Shown here one piece after another: positions 43,695 to 53,161 of a DNA stretch of 53,800 bases. A model generated the notes under the pieces. That model had not been told where the DNA came from and made no database searches. It saw nothing but the letters and a program-made list of their open reading frames with translations. Source of the stretch: a virus (lineage: Duplodnaviria; Caudoviricetes); IMG/VR virus record IMGVR_UViG_3300031963_000202, positions 1 through 53,800 of that record; one strand, 5' to 3'. A program made the translations under genes and the position numbers. Each line of letters begins with the position of its first letter. Position 1 is the stretch's first letter.

Positions 43695-44624
43695 ATGGAT
43701 TACTACAAGGCACTGGTTGAGAAGGCTAAGCCAGTATCGGTAGAGCCCTCAGAGACATCCTACTTCGCAGCTCCGTCAGCTGGTTTAGACCCTAGACTGT
43801 TTAGAAATGGGAAGATTATCCCATCTACCAGGGCATCTATATTAAGAATCCTACTTACGCATTTAAAAACACAATTTAAGAACCCAGAGGCCTACTGCCA
43901 CGTCTGGCTAGCTGGTTCAGCTGTGAGCTACCAATGGACTGCAGCTCGCAAACCAGCTGACCTAGACTGTTTAATTGGGGTTAATTATTTAATATTTAGG
44001 CAATCTAATCCAGAGTACAGAGGGCTTAGCGATAAAGAAATCGCCAAAACCTTCAACGACCTCCTGCGAGAGATTCACCCAAGCACTGCAAACTTCCTTG
44101 ACATATTTGAGTTGACGTTCTATGTTAACGCTCAGTCAGATATACGGTCAATCAAACCGTATGCTGCCTACTCGTTAACCGCAGATGACTGGACAGTACA
44201 ACCAGAAGTTCGCGGCGTACCAACTAACAAAATGTGGGAACGAAAGGTTGCACAAGATACGTCAATGGCTACAGAAATTTTAAGTAGGTATGCGGATGCA
44301 TTAACTAAGATAGGTGCAGCAACAACAGACGTTGCACGTAGAAATGCAGAAGCAGCATTAAAATTAGCAGTAGAACAAGGCGCATCATTATTTGAAGATA
44401 TACACCAAGGTAGAAAGTATGCGTTTAGTGCAAGCGGGCAAGGCTATGCAGATGTGCATAACTACCGCTGGCAATCTGGCAAGGCCAGTGGTATTGTCCA
44501 GGCACTAAAGCAGATGAAAGAAATTGCCGCAGATTCTAAAGCAGAATTTGAAAAGCAAACCTATGGTATGGAACTACCAACAACGGATGTATTAATTAGG
44601 CGGGCCTTAATTAACAAAAAGTAG
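43695..44624 (+). CDS. Pol-beta-superfamily nucleotidyltransferase-like protein
   Basis: VWLAGS...PADLDCLI (hGS-x-DxD), candidate third acid in FELTFYV; helical C-terminus. Confidence 0.7.
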   Translation: MDYYKALVEKAKPVSVEPSETSYFAAPSAGLDPRLFRNGKIIPSTRASILRILLTHLKTQFKNPEAYCHVWLAGSAVSYQWTAARKPADLDCLIGVNYLIFRQSNPEYRGLSDKEIAKTFNDLLREIHPSTANFLDIFELTFYVNAQSDIRSIKPYAAYSLTADDWTVQPEVRGVPTNKMWERKVAQDTSMATEILSRYADALTKIGAATTDVARRNAEAALKLAVEQGASLFEDIHQGRKYAFSASGQGYADVHNYRWQSGKASGIVQALKQMKEIAADSKAEFEKQTYGMELPTTDVLIRRALINKK

Positions 44625-44639
44625 TAGGAGAACTAAGAC

Positions 44640-45110
44640 GTGGCAATACTTGTATTTATGGATGAGGTTCTGCGTAACCACAAAAAGCATCCAATAGTTG
44701 AGGGCCTTAAGTTTTATCGAACACTAAAAGAAAAACACAGAGTTTTAATTTTATGTGAAGATAGAGAAAAGTCAGACCACTGGCTTCGCCAGCAACGCAT
44801 CAATAACTTTGACGACCTCGTACCTTTGGAAGATGTGCCGTTTCCAGGCGATGACCCAAAACTAAGACACATAGAGTGGGTTCGTTCACAGGGGCCAGTC
44901 GAGTATGTAGTTACCTCAGACCCAGATTTGGCAGTTAAACTGCTAGTGCGTGGCATAACAACGATTATGTTTATGCACCCAATCTATACTAATGAGAACT
45001 TCAGACCAGATAGCCTAAAGCGTGGATTTAAGTCCTGGGCAGATATCGAGGCCGAACTAGTTAGACAACAGGACGAATACGACAACGACTCCCGTAGAGA
45101 CCGTCTGTAA
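44640..45110 (+). CDS. HAD-fold protein, apparently lacking the nucleophilic Asp
   Basis: ILVFMDEVLR (cf. hhhDxDGxL), PIVEG, WL, VTSDP...GIT. Confidence 0.55.
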   Translation: MAILVFMDEVLRNHKKHPIVEGLKFYRTLKEKHRVLILCEDREKSDHWLRQQRINNFDDLVPLEDVPFPGDDPKLRHIEWVRSQGPVEYVVTSDPDLAVKLLVRGITTIMFMHPIYTNENFRPDSLKRGFKSWADIEAELVRQQDEYDNDSRRDRL

Positions 45111-46555
45111 TGCGTATTGTCTATATGGGATGTGAAGTCCCTAGCAATCGAACCCTTCTGGAAACCACTACGGCTAACCACCTGGGCATCAGTTTCCACG
45201 GTTTGGTGCGTCGAGGCCTGCCCAAGACCAAGCCCTATTTAATAGATAACTACTTCCCAAAAGACTCCTATGTATATTTATATCCAGGAATCCCTATGTC
45301 TGCCAAGATGGGACGTCTTGAGCTGGAGGAGTTCGCCGCAGCTTACGAGCAGTTTGTAGCCATGAACATCGATAGATTAACTTTATTTGCCGAACTTAAT
45401 TATGGATTTGTAGACCCAGCCTTCGTTGAGGAACAGCGCCGCACAGCTTGGGCCCAGGTGCCGCCAGGTAAGTTCTTACCCGTCTGGAACCCCGACTTAG
45501 GTTTAGATAACCTCAACAGGCTCATAAATAACTATTTAGATATCGGCATACCAGGGGCAGCCATTGAGTCAGAGACCAGGTTGGCCTCCACCACCAGAAC
45601 CGCCACCAAGCGTCAGGGAACTAGGTTTCATGCGCTAGGATGTGCCAAGCCAGACAACCTTCGCTCAATCCAAGCCGAGACTGCCCATACCCTTTCGTGG
45701 CTATCGCCCATGACTCATGGGGAGACAATCGTGTGGGATGGCACTAGGCTTATGCGCTACCCCAAGCGTATGAAAGAGCAATCCCGTTCAAGGTATAACC
45801 ATGTTTATACCAAGGCTGGAATCGACGCCGACCTTATTGCCGAGGACGACAACAAAGAGGTTTGCCGCTTAGCGGTGTGGTCTTACGAACGTTTCGAAGA
45901 GAGGATAAACAAAGTGGGAGAGTCTTATTATCAGGATGAGGCGGGTACGCCAAACACCGAAATCACCCCTACAGATGCTGATAATAAGGGGGTAGATATG
46001 CGGAAACTTATGCCACGTAACCCCGATGAAATCATCAATTTACCAGTGTTCGGATACGAGGTTAAGACCGATGTAGATGGCGATGGCGTCATCACCGACA
46101 ACGTGCATGTTACCTCGCAATCAGGTACGTTGCGCCAGTGCGATACCTGTTTCGTAGCCGCTAACTGCCCCGCTTTTAAGCCTCAATCTATGTGTGCTTT
46201 CAAGTTACCAGTCGAGGTAAAGAGCAAAGACCAACTCAAGAGCCTCATCAATGCCATCATCGAAATGCAGGGCCAAAGGGTTGCTTTTATGCGTTTTAGC
46301 GAAGAAATGAACGGTGGATACGCTGACCCGAACGTTTCCCAAGAGATAGATAGACTGTTTAAATTAATAAAGACGGTCAAGGAATTGGACGACTCAAGGG
46401 AGTTTATTCGCATGACTGTCGAGCGACAAGGCTCGTCTGGAGTCCTATCTTCTATCTTCGGAGACAAGGCTCAAGTGCTAAAAGAACTACCTAACAACGG
46501 TCTAAATGAGGCCGAAACTACCAAGGTTATTAAAGATTTAACTGAGGATAAGTAG
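45110..46555 (+). CDS. tRNA-guanine transglycosylase (TGT/DpdA)-like barrel plus C-terminal 4-Cys and helical domain
   Basis: FLPVWN, IGIPG, RFHALG, SWLS...GET resemble phage TGT-like proteins; CDTC....CP......C. Fold call is from memory. Confidence 0.55.
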   Translation: MRIVYMGCEVPSNRTLLETTTANHLGISFHGLVRRGLPKTKPYLIDNYFPKDSYVYLYPGIPMSAKMGRLELEEFAAAYEQFVAMNIDRLTLFAELNYGFVDPAFVEEQRRTAWAQVPPGKFLPVWNPDLGLDNLNRLINNYLDIGIPGAAIESETRLASTTRTATKRQGTRFHALGCAKPDNLRSIQAETAHTLSWLSPMTHGETIVWDGTRLMRYPKRMKEQSRSRYNHVYTKAGIDADLIAEDDNKEVCRLAVWSYERFEERINKVGESYYQDEAGTPNTEITPTDADNKGVDMRKLMPRNPDEIINLPVFGYEVKTDVDGDGVITDNVHVTSQSGTLRQCDTCFVAANCPAFKPQSMCAFKLPVEVKSKDQLKSLINAIIEMQGQRVAFMRFSEEMNGGYADPNVSQEIDRLFKLIKTVKELDDSREFIRMTVERQGSSGVLSSIFGDKAQVLKELPNNGLNEAETTKVIKDLTEDK

Positions 46556-46663
46556 TTTTACTTATCCTGATAATAGCGCTACCACACAACTAAATATACA
46601 CAGTCTGAAATAGGCTGTAACTCATCACTAGACTAACACCCCCCGCCGATAAAGGAGAATCAA

Positions 46664-48691
46664 ATGCCCCTATCTTTCAGACTAACCGAGGACTTCCTAA
46701 AGGAGTATCGAAACAAGAAAGTACCTTGGGGTTATAAAGATGCGGGCGGTAATTCGGTTGGTGAAATCACTTTCCTTCGCACCTACTCTAGATTAAAAGA
46801 GGATGGAACTAAGGAGACTTGGGTAGATGTTTGCCAGCGCGTAATCGAGGGCATGTACTCCTTACAAAAAGACCACTGCAAAACCAGTCGACTACCTTGG
46901 AACGATACCAGGGCCCAGGCTTCTGCTAAAGAGGCATTTGACCGCCTGTTTAATTTAAAGTGGACCCCACCAGGCCGAGGTCTGTGGGTTATGGGTACCC
47001 CACTTGTCAATGAGCTCAAGAACTCGGCAGCACTGCAGAACTGTGCTTTCGTATCTACTTCTAGCATGTCTAAATTAGACCCCGCCAAGCCGTTTGCTTT
47101 TCTAATGGAAGCATCAATGTTGGGCGTAGGCGTTGGCTTTGACGACAAGGGCGCAGACAAGGACTTTACAATCTACGACCCTTCCCGCGATGAATCTAAT
47201 GTTCAGACTTGGGAAATCCCAGATACCCGCGAAGGATGGGTGGACTCAGTGAGTATGCTCATCAACTCCTACTTAAAACCAGACCAACCTAGATGGGTAT
47301 TTGATTACACACTTATTCGCCCAGCGGGTGCGCCTATCAAAACGTTCGGCGGCACGTCTGCTGGCCCAGAGCCACTAGCCAAACTACACGACTATATCTA
47401 TAACCTATTTGAAGGTCGGGCTACTCAAAAGTTAACTCGCAAGGATGTTGCCGATATCGGTAATTTAATAGGCGTCTGTGTGGTCAGTGGCAATGTGCGC
47501 CGCTCTGCTGAGCTGCTCATGGGCAGACTAGACGACAAGGACTTCTTAAATTTAAAGAACCCTGCCGTATATCCTGAGCGCAACTCCTACGATGCTGCAG
47601 CACCTGGTTGGGCCTGGATGTCTAACAACTCTGTTGAGGTATCAGTGGGTTCTAATTTAGACCATATCGTTGAGGGTATTGCTCTCAATGGTGAGCCTGG
47701 AGTTATCTGGATGGATGTTACTCGTAAATACGGACGTCTTATCGACCCACCTAATAATAAAGACCACCGAGCCGCTGGTTACAACCCTTGCGCTGAGCAA
47801 TCACTTGAATCCTTCGAGTGCTGTACTTTGGTTGAAACTTACCTCAACCGCCACGACTCTAAAGAAGATTACATACGTACTCTAAAGTTTGCGTACCTGT
47901 ATGCAAAAACTGTGACATTACTGCCTACCCACTGGGAAGAAACAAATGCGATTATGCAACGTAATCGTCGTATTGGAACTTCAATGTCTGGTGTGGCGAA
48001 CTTCGCAGACCGCGTAGGTATGCCTATCCTTCGTGAGTGGATGGACGCTGGTTACAAGGTTATCCAAGACTACGACCACACATACTCAGAGTGGCTAGGT
48101 ATCCGCGAATCTATTAAGACTACTACTGTGAAGCCAAGCGGAACTGTATCTATCCTTGCTGGAGAATCTCCTGGGGTTCACTGGACACCTGGGGGACAGT
48201 ACTTCCTTCGTGCAATTCGCTTCTCTAATGAAGACCCAATGCTACCTTTGTTTAAAGCGTCGGGTTATAAAATAGAAAAGGCTTCCGAGTCTCCAAAAAC
48301 TACTAGCGTAGTGTTCTTCCCAATCCAGAGTCAGGCTCTCCGCTCAGAGAAAGATGTTTCTATCTTTGAAAAGATGTCGCTTGCCTCTACTGCCCAACGC
48401 CACTGGTCTGATAACTCTGTATCTGTGACCGTCTCCTTCAATGCCGAAACTGAAAAGGACGCCGTAGGAACTGTGCTTCACATGTTTGACGGACAACTCA
48501 AAACCGTTTCCTTCCTACCAATGGGGAACGCGACTTATCCGCAAATGCCATATACGCAAATAACTAAAGATGAATATGATAAATATACATTTAAATTGCT
48601 TCCTATTGACTTCACAGACGTCTATGCAGGAATGGCAGCGGATGCTATCGGTGAGAAATACTGCTCTAACGACAACTGTTTAATACCGTAA
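46664..48691 (+). CDS. nrdJ: Class II (B12-dependent, monomeric type) ribonucleotide reductase
   Basis: PPGRGLW, NC, GNVRRSA, NPCAEQ, TVKPSGT, C-terminal CSNDNC. Confidence 0.96.
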   Translation: MPLSFRLTEDFLKEYRNKKVPWGYKDAGGNSVGEITFLRTYSRLKEDGTKETWVDVCQRVIEGMYSLQKDHCKTSRLPWNDTRAQASAKEAFDRLFNLKWTPPGRGLWVMGTPLVNELKNSAALQNCAFVSTSSMSKLDPAKPFAFLMEASMLGVGVGFDDKGADKDFTIYDPSRDESNVQTWEIPDTREGWVDSVSMLINSYLKPDQPRWVFDYTLIRPAGAPIKTFGGTSAGPEPLAKLHDYIYNLFEGRATQKLTRKDVADIGNLIGVCVVSGNVRRSAELLMGRLDDKDFLNLKNPAVYPERNSYDAAAPGWAWMSNNSVEVSVGSNLDHIVEGIALNGEPGVIWMDVTRKYGRLIDPPNNKDHRAAGYNPCAEQSLESFECCTLVETYLNRHDSKEDYIRTLKFAYLYAKTVTLLPTHWEETNAIMQRNRRIGTSMSGVANFADRVGMPILREWMDAGYKVIQDYDHTYSEWLGIRESIKTTTVKPSGTVSILAGESPGVHWTPGGQYFLRAIRFSNEDPMLPLFKASGYKIEKASESPKTTSVVFFPIQSQALRSEKDVSIFEKMSLASTAQRHWSDNSVSVTVSFNAETEKDAVGTVLHMFDGQLKTVSFLPMGNATYPQMPYTQITKDEYDKYTFKLLPIDFTDVYAGMAADAIGEKYCSNDNCLIP

Positions 48692-48707
48692 TCGCTACTT
48701 AAATAGT

Positions 48708-48744
48708 GAAGCCCCCTAGCCAAGTCTAGGGGGCTTCTTTATTT
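48708..48744. terminator. Terminator at the convergence of the two transcription arms
   Basis: GAAGCCCCCTAG / CTAGGGGGCTTC then TTTATTT. Confidence 0.85.
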
Positions 48745-48841
48745 AGTAAGGCGCAGGTCTATCTCAGCCGAAGGGGTTGGCTTCATGGATAGCCTTAGCG
48801 GGAGAGTGAACCAATAACCGCTTTGACGCCTGTATTAAGTT

Positions 48842-48991
48842 TTAGCATGAGGAACACTTGGTATCTACTCTTATGTTTCTCTTATCTACGATAAAAGGAC
48901 GACCGCAGTGATGGCAATTAATTAGTTTGATACGGCTATTACGCTTATAAAGTTTAACTAGGGTATCTAAGTTTAGTTTATTCGTCGTCAT
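48842..48991 (-). CDS. 49-aa zinc-finger microprotein
   Basis: MTTNKLNL...CHHCG...CSSC; ATG at 48991. Confidence 0.5.
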   Translation of the reverse strand: MTTNKLNLDTLVKLYKRNSRIKLINCHHCGRPFIVDKRNIRVDTKCSSC

Positions 48992-49082
48992 CGTCGTCGT
49001 CGTCGTAAATCTCTTCATCTGGGATGTGCGGGCTAGGGCGCCCCCACTCTGGGTCTGGAACGATAGGGTCAATGAAACTCAT
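48978..49082 (-). CDS. 34-aa acidic microprotein
   Basis: AGGAG RBS; MSFIDPIVPDPEWGRPSPHIPDEEIYDDDDDDDE. Not in the track. Confidence 0.65.
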   Translation of the reverse strand: MSFIDPIVPDPEWGRPSPHIPDEEIYDDDDDDDE

Positions 49083-49084
49083 AT

Positions 49085-49390
49085 TTAAATCTCCTGCTTA
49101 TAAATTAGAGTGCCCGAAATCTTAATAGGTTTGCCGTTTTCGTCCTCTGACGTAACTTCGAGCTTCACGCTCTTTCGTGGTGTGAGGCTTTGGACTCTCT
49201 CCTTAATCCAACGCTTACCTGCACTAGCGTTAGACCACGCGGTTGTAATGTTATCAATTTCTACGTCGTCATAACTACCTAGACCGTTCTGTCGGAGTTC
49301 AGTAATTGTGTAAGTAACCTTCCACGCGCCACCCTTTTCCATGTTCTTGATAAGGGTCGCCTTGAAGGTGCGCTCTGCTTTTTTAGCCAT
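49085..49390 (-). CDS. Hypothetical protein
   Basis: ATG 49390 after AAGGAG (MAKKAERTF). Confidence 0.65.
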   Translation of the reverse strand: MAKKAERTFKATLIKNMEKGGAWKVTYTITELRQNGLGSYDDVEIDNITTAWSNASAGKRWIKERVQSLTPRKSVKLEVTSEDENGKPIKISGTLIYKQEI

Positions 49391-49811
49391 GTAAGTTCTC
49401 CTTTGTAATAGGCCAATGATAGGGCATAGTTTCATCTACTGTGGGAAAGTGTATCCTATAGTGTTCAGGTAACTTTCGCACTAGGTTTGCTTGGTGCGAT
49501 ATATGTATCCGCTCGTCGCCTAGCCACGCTGGCATGTCGGGCGCGGGTTTGTGCTGGAAGTGGGTAATAAGGTTATCGTTATACCCACGACGTATCCACT
49601 CTAGGCATATCTCTCTCCCGTAGGACTTGAGTGCGTCGAGGTTATCTCTCCACATGAGAACGGCAGGGTGGTTATGCCATGCGTTGCTCTGTTGAGTTCC
49701 GTCTAACACTCTTACTATTTGATAAGCCTCGACTCTCTGCTTGCCTAGTCGTCGGTAATCTAATACGAGTGCAGTTTCTTTGAAGTCTGCATAGGGCAGG
49801 AAGGTTTGCAC
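49383..49811 (-). CDS. Pyrimidine-dimer DNA glycosylase (T4 endonuclease V / MSMEG_6728 family)
   Basis: MQTFLPY.DF...A..LD.RRLGKQRVEA.QI, HPAV.MW, EW.RRGY, SH..NL.RK. Confidence 0.9.
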   Translation of the reverse strand: MQTFLPYADFKETALVLDYRRLGKQRVEAYQIVRVLDGTQQSNAWHNHPAVLMWRDNLDALKSYGREICLEWIRRGYNDNLITHFQHKPAPDMPAWLGDERIHISHQANLVRKLPEHYRIHFPTVDETMPYHWPITKENLHG

Positions 49812-49921
49812 TAACTAACGCCGTCCATTTCAGATACGACTTTCTTTTCTATCTGTATGCCGTCCTTCTTACCACAACCGCAACTACCGCAACCGCAGGT
49901 AGGCTCTGTTGTTTCGTCCAT
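49811..49921 (-). CDS. 36-aa Cys-rich microprotein (CGCGSCGCG)
   Basis: AGGAG RBS; MDETTEPTCGCGSCGCGKKDGIQIEKKVVSEMDGVS. Confidence 0.65.
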   Translation of the reverse strand: MDETTEPTCGCGSCGCGKKDGIQIEKKVVSEMDGVS

Positions 49922-49930
49922 AACTCTCTC

Positions 49931-50077
49931 CTAAACTTGGGCAGGGTTCCCTGCTGGTGGCACGCACATCACGCAGAATCCTAGACCTATCTCGCTGGCT
50001 TCGTCAAGGGCACTCTCGTCGATAGGGGCGATTACCTCTCCGTTATCGTATTCAATAAAACACTTGGCACACTTCAT
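49931..50077 (-). CDS. 48-aa CxxC...CxxC microprotein
   Basis: AGGAG RBS; MKCAKCF...FCVMCVP. Confidence 0.65.
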   Translation of the reverse strand: MKCAKCFIEYDNGEVIAPIDESALDEASEIGLGFCVMCVPPAGNPAQV

Positions 50078-50086
50078 GGTTCTCTC

Positions 50087-50197
50087 CTATTTCTCTATTC
50101 CATATTTATCAAGGCACTCATCACACATTTTGCCTCTGCACCTACACACGATTTCTTCGCTGCGGGGTTCTTCAGGGTTGCTGTTGCTCGTCGTCAT
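50087..50197 (-). CDS. 36-aa Cys microprotein
   Basis: MTTSNSNPEEPRSEEIVCRCRGKMCDECLDKYGIEK; fills the gap exactly; weak RBS. Confidence 0.5.
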   Translation of the reverse strand: MTTSNSNPEEPRSEEIVCRCRGKMCDECLDKYGIEK

Positions 50198-50609
50198 TTC
50201 TCTCTACTTCTGTATTTACTTCTGTATTTGTTTCTGTTTCTAACTTTAACTCTGTGCCATAACCTTGATATATAACTACGCCCTCAGCGTCCTTAATCGT
50301 GACGACTTCGCGCTCGCTGGTAATAAACTGGTGCAGGTGGTGGCTCTCCACGATAGTTTCAACGCTGGCGGTATTTGCGCCTTTGTATGAAGTTCCTTCG
50401 GGGAGTGTAATAATCGTATTAAAGTCGCCGTCGTTGGCGTATTCGATAGCCCTAATACAGGTATCGACCATGCTTACTGGGATAGGTGGATTATGGTTAC
50501 TCTGTAAGTGGAAGGCGATTAGTTTCCAATAATCGCTAGGTTCATCAAACACTTCGTCGTAACTCTCGCTAATAATCTCCGCGTCGTAGATTTCCTCATT
50601 GTTGTCCAT
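50172..50609 (-). CDS. Acidic hypothetical protein
   Basis: AAGGA RBS; -10 TACACT upstream (50641-50646, minus strand). Confidence 0.65.
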   Translation of the reverse strand: MDNNEEIYDAEIISESYDEVFDEPSDYWKLIAFHLQSNHNPPIPVSMVDTCIRAIEYANDGDFNTIITLPEGTSYKGANTASVETIVESHHLHQFITSEREVVTIKDAEGVVIYQGYGTELKLETETNTEVNTEVERNDDEQQQP

Positions 50610-50679
50610 TTAAGTCCTTATCTCTATGTTTAACTTTCCTAGTGTATCGCTTTTTATTGCGAATAGGAACGGAAGCATT

Positions 50680-50710
50680 ACTCCGCCGTAGTTCTAATAT
50701 ACGGCGGAGT
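50680..50710. terminator. Intergenic hairpin / probable terminator
   Basis: ACTCCGCCGTA / TACGGCGGAGT, 11-bp stem, weak U tract. Confidence 0.55.
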
Positions 50711-50745
50711 TGCTCTCTCGTCTTTGATAGTTTCATAAGCCTATC

Positions 50746-51048
50746 TTACTCTGCGTAGCCGTTCTCTAAGTCACGCTCATCTAACTCGTCCATAAGTGGC
50801 GCTCTTAGACCTAAGGCTTCCATGCGTGGCTCGATACTGTCTATGGCTTCATCTATCTCACCACGCACTTCGTGGTAGTCAAGGTATTCCTCTACACGCT
50901 CGTCCTTGTGGCTTCGTATGAAGCATAGGTCAAGGCTTGCACCGATAGCGCTATCTAATAGTGCTATTGCGTCGGGGTCGCCATTTATATATTTAAGTGC
51001 GAGGTCGTTGTATTGTCCTGTCTTGGGTAGGAAGTTTGTGCTGGTCAT
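50746..51048 (-). CDS. Hypothetical protein
   Basis: GAGG RBS, ATGA overlap. Confidence 0.6.
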   Translation of the reverse strand: MTSTNFLPKTGQYNDLALKYINGDPDAIALLDSAIGASLDLCFIRSHKDERVEEYLDYHEVRGEIDEAIDSIEPRMEALGLRAPLMDELDERDLENGYAE

Positions 51049-51200
51049 TTGCTGGTGTCCTCTAGGTAGAATAGATAGTCGGTGGCGGTATCTAGTAGGT
51101 TTATTAGATACTCGTTGGTTGAGTTGTGTGCTTCTACATGACCCTTCGCTTCTGCGAGTAGGGCGCGTAGCCGTTCTTTGTAGTCTAGTGCTTGTTCCAT
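51045..51200 (-). CDS. Small hypothetical protein
   Basis: ATG 51200 after GAGGA is more plausible than the track start 51269. Confidence 0.55.
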   Translation of the reverse strand: MEQALDYKERLRALLAEAKGHVEAHNSTNEYLINLLDTATDYLFYLEDTSK

Positions 51201-51228
51201 ATTTAGTTCCTCTACTTCCGTATTTAAG

Positions 51229-51265
51229 TCGGTCGCCCTGCCCTTGTATCGGGCAGGGCTTCCGA
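51229..51265. terminator. GC-rich hairpin downstream of the vWA gene
   Basis: GCCCTGCCC / GGGCAGGGC (51235-51259), no U tract. Confidence 0.45.
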
Positions 51266-51288
51266 ACACTTGTTCGTAGGTTGTTCAG

Positions 51289-53160
51289 TTAGTGACGGGC
51301 ACTCATGGTCGCTTTGACGATATCTTTAGCGACTAGCACCATTTGATTAGGTTCCTCGACCTCGCGGAAGTGCTTAGCACCATGACGATAGCGCTCGCAA
51401 CGGTTCTCGTATTCCTCTCGGTCAAACTCGCCCCAACCCTTGAGGCTACCTAGATAGACTACCGAAGTCTGCACTCCGTCCTTAGTAAGGTCTGCAATAA
51501 CCTTATTATTTTCCTCGGACATATCCCACTCGCCGTCGGTCACGATAAATAGCATACGCACTCCACGCTTGCTATTCATTAGGTGGCGACGTGCTTCTAA
51601 TAGGGCTTTGTAAGGGTTAGTGCCACCGCTACTATTGACGTAGCGATACTCGGTTGGTTGAGCCTTATCAGTTGCAGAGTAGATAAGCCTACTATCGTGG
51701 TTAAACTTATAGACGGATACTCGACCGTTGATACGCTCGATACCGCGCTTGATTACCCACGCACTTTCCATAGTGCGTTGAATCTGCCACGACATACTGC
51801 CCGAAGTATCTACTAGGACTATCGCGTCGATATCATTGTTGGAGTTACCTTCACTCCAACGGTCAAACACTTTGTCCATATCGTTGATATCGGCTCTCAT
51901 GGCACGTCCTATATTTAAGCGACCCATAGGTTGCTCTAACTCCCACGCAGGGTCGTTATCGATACGGACACGCTCTAGGGCTACGCCGAAGGCTCGAGCG
52001 CTCGCAGATACCTGTGCAGATACCTGTTGGTTGGAGTAAGCGCCCTGCTTAATAGCACTACGACGTTCATTGTTATCGTTGATAGCCTTACGCACTTCCT
52101 TAGTAGTGCGTTGCACTTCGTCGTTCTTGCTAAGGTTATCTAGTCGTTCTTGGATATCTTTGCGTAGCACGTTGTCGTCGGCTTCGTCCTTGCCCTTGCT
52201 ACCGAAACTGGTGCTACTGCGGTCGTTATCGGTATTTGTGTCGGCAGGGTCGTCTAGTCGCTCGTTACCTGCGCCGTCGCCTGACTCGTTATTGGTAGCC
52301 TTATCTTGTTGGGCTTTCTGTTCTTTATCGCCCTTCATGCGACCCTTATCCTGCACTTCGCGGTCGGTATGACCGCCGTTACCGTTAGGGATAATAGGCT
52401 TACCATTAACTTCGTTGGTGTTCTCATGCCCGATAATATCGGCGAAGGCACGCAGTAAATCTAGCCCTCTGTTGAAGTCGCGTGGATAGACTAGGGTGCG
52501 ATACTCATGCACGATAGTCGCAATAGCAACGGCTAAATCTACGCCGAAGTCTTTAATAAACCTATCTGCAATTTCCTGTCGCAATTCTATATCTAAATAC
52601 TTACGACCCGTAAATAGTGGGAAGTAACTACCAAACTCGGCAGAGTCACCCTTGAGTAGATACTCTAGGCATGACGCTTCCATGAACGGTGCGACCGACG
52701 GATACTTTGCGATTAGTAAGCGTTCTATACGAGCGTCCTCTAGGACGTTGAAGGCTTTGCCTAACTGCTCGCGCTTAACTGTCTTACCAAACTCGCTACC
52801 GCCTCTAGGGGTATAAAGGATATGACCGACCTCATGGTAGTTGAATCCATTGAGGGAGATAATAGTCTTATCATCTATGTCCTCGATAAGGTGAGCATTG
52901 AATACGATATTCTTGCCGTCGTTATAGGCGGTCGTATCCATTTCTTTATTGTCCTCGACCCTGACCTCTACTGGCTCGGCGGTGAGGATACGGTCGGTGC
53001 GACCATAGACCGCACCGACGCTCTGTAACTTATTGATATGTTCCTCTAGGCGCTCGGCTTCGAGTTCCTTGTCGTATTCAATATCGTCACGCCAATTAGC
53101 CTCGCGTGTCTGTGCAATAAGCCTATCGAGTAGGTCGTCGTGTCCGTCGAAGCGACCCAT
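51289..53160 (-). CDS. CobT-like protein: HExxH metallopeptidase-like domain + acidic linker + vWA domain
   Basis: YHEVGH, FNVLEDARIE; MIDAS DTSGSM, GGT, VTDG. Confidence 0.88.
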   Translation of the reverse strand: MGRFDGHDDLLDRLIAQTREANWRDDIEYDKELEAERLEEHINKLQSVGAVYGRTDRILTAEPVEVRVEDNKEMDTTAYNDGKNIVFNAHLIEDIDDKTIISLNGFNYHEVGHILYTPRGGSEFGKTVKREQLGKAFNVLEDARIERLLIAKYPSVAPFMEASCLEYLLKGDSAEFGSYFPLFTGRKYLDIELRQEIADRFIKDFGVDLAVAIATIVHEYRTLVYPRDFNRGLDLLRAFADIIGHENTNEVNGKPIIPNGNGGHTDREVQDKGRMKGDKEQKAQQDKATNNESGDGAGNERLDDPADTNTDNDRSSTSFGSKGKDEADDNVLRKDIQERLDNLSKNDEVQRTTKEVRKAINDNNERRSAIKQGAYSNQQVSAQVSASARAFGVALERVRIDNDPAWELEQPMGRLNIGRAMRADINDMDKVFDRWSEGNSNNDIDAIVLVDTSGSMSWQIQRTMESAWVIKRGIERINGRVSVYKFNHDSRLIYSATDKAQPTEYRYVNSSGGTNPYKALLEARRHLMNSKRGVRMLFIVTDGEWDMSEENNKVIADLTKDGVQTSVVYLGSLKGWGEFDREEYENRCERYRHGAKHFREVEEPNQMVLVAKDIVKATMSARH

Positions 53161-53161
53161 G

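Noticed and set aside
46580-46605. NrdR box or cobalamin riboswitch upstream of nrdJ
   Set aside because: Poor match to the NrdR palindrome; the gap is about 110 nt with no B12-box.
1503-47160. Many minus-strand track ORFs opposite long plus-strand genes (and plus-strand ORFs opposite genes beyond 48.8 kb)
   Set aside because: Antisense shadows of codon bias with no RBS or motifs.
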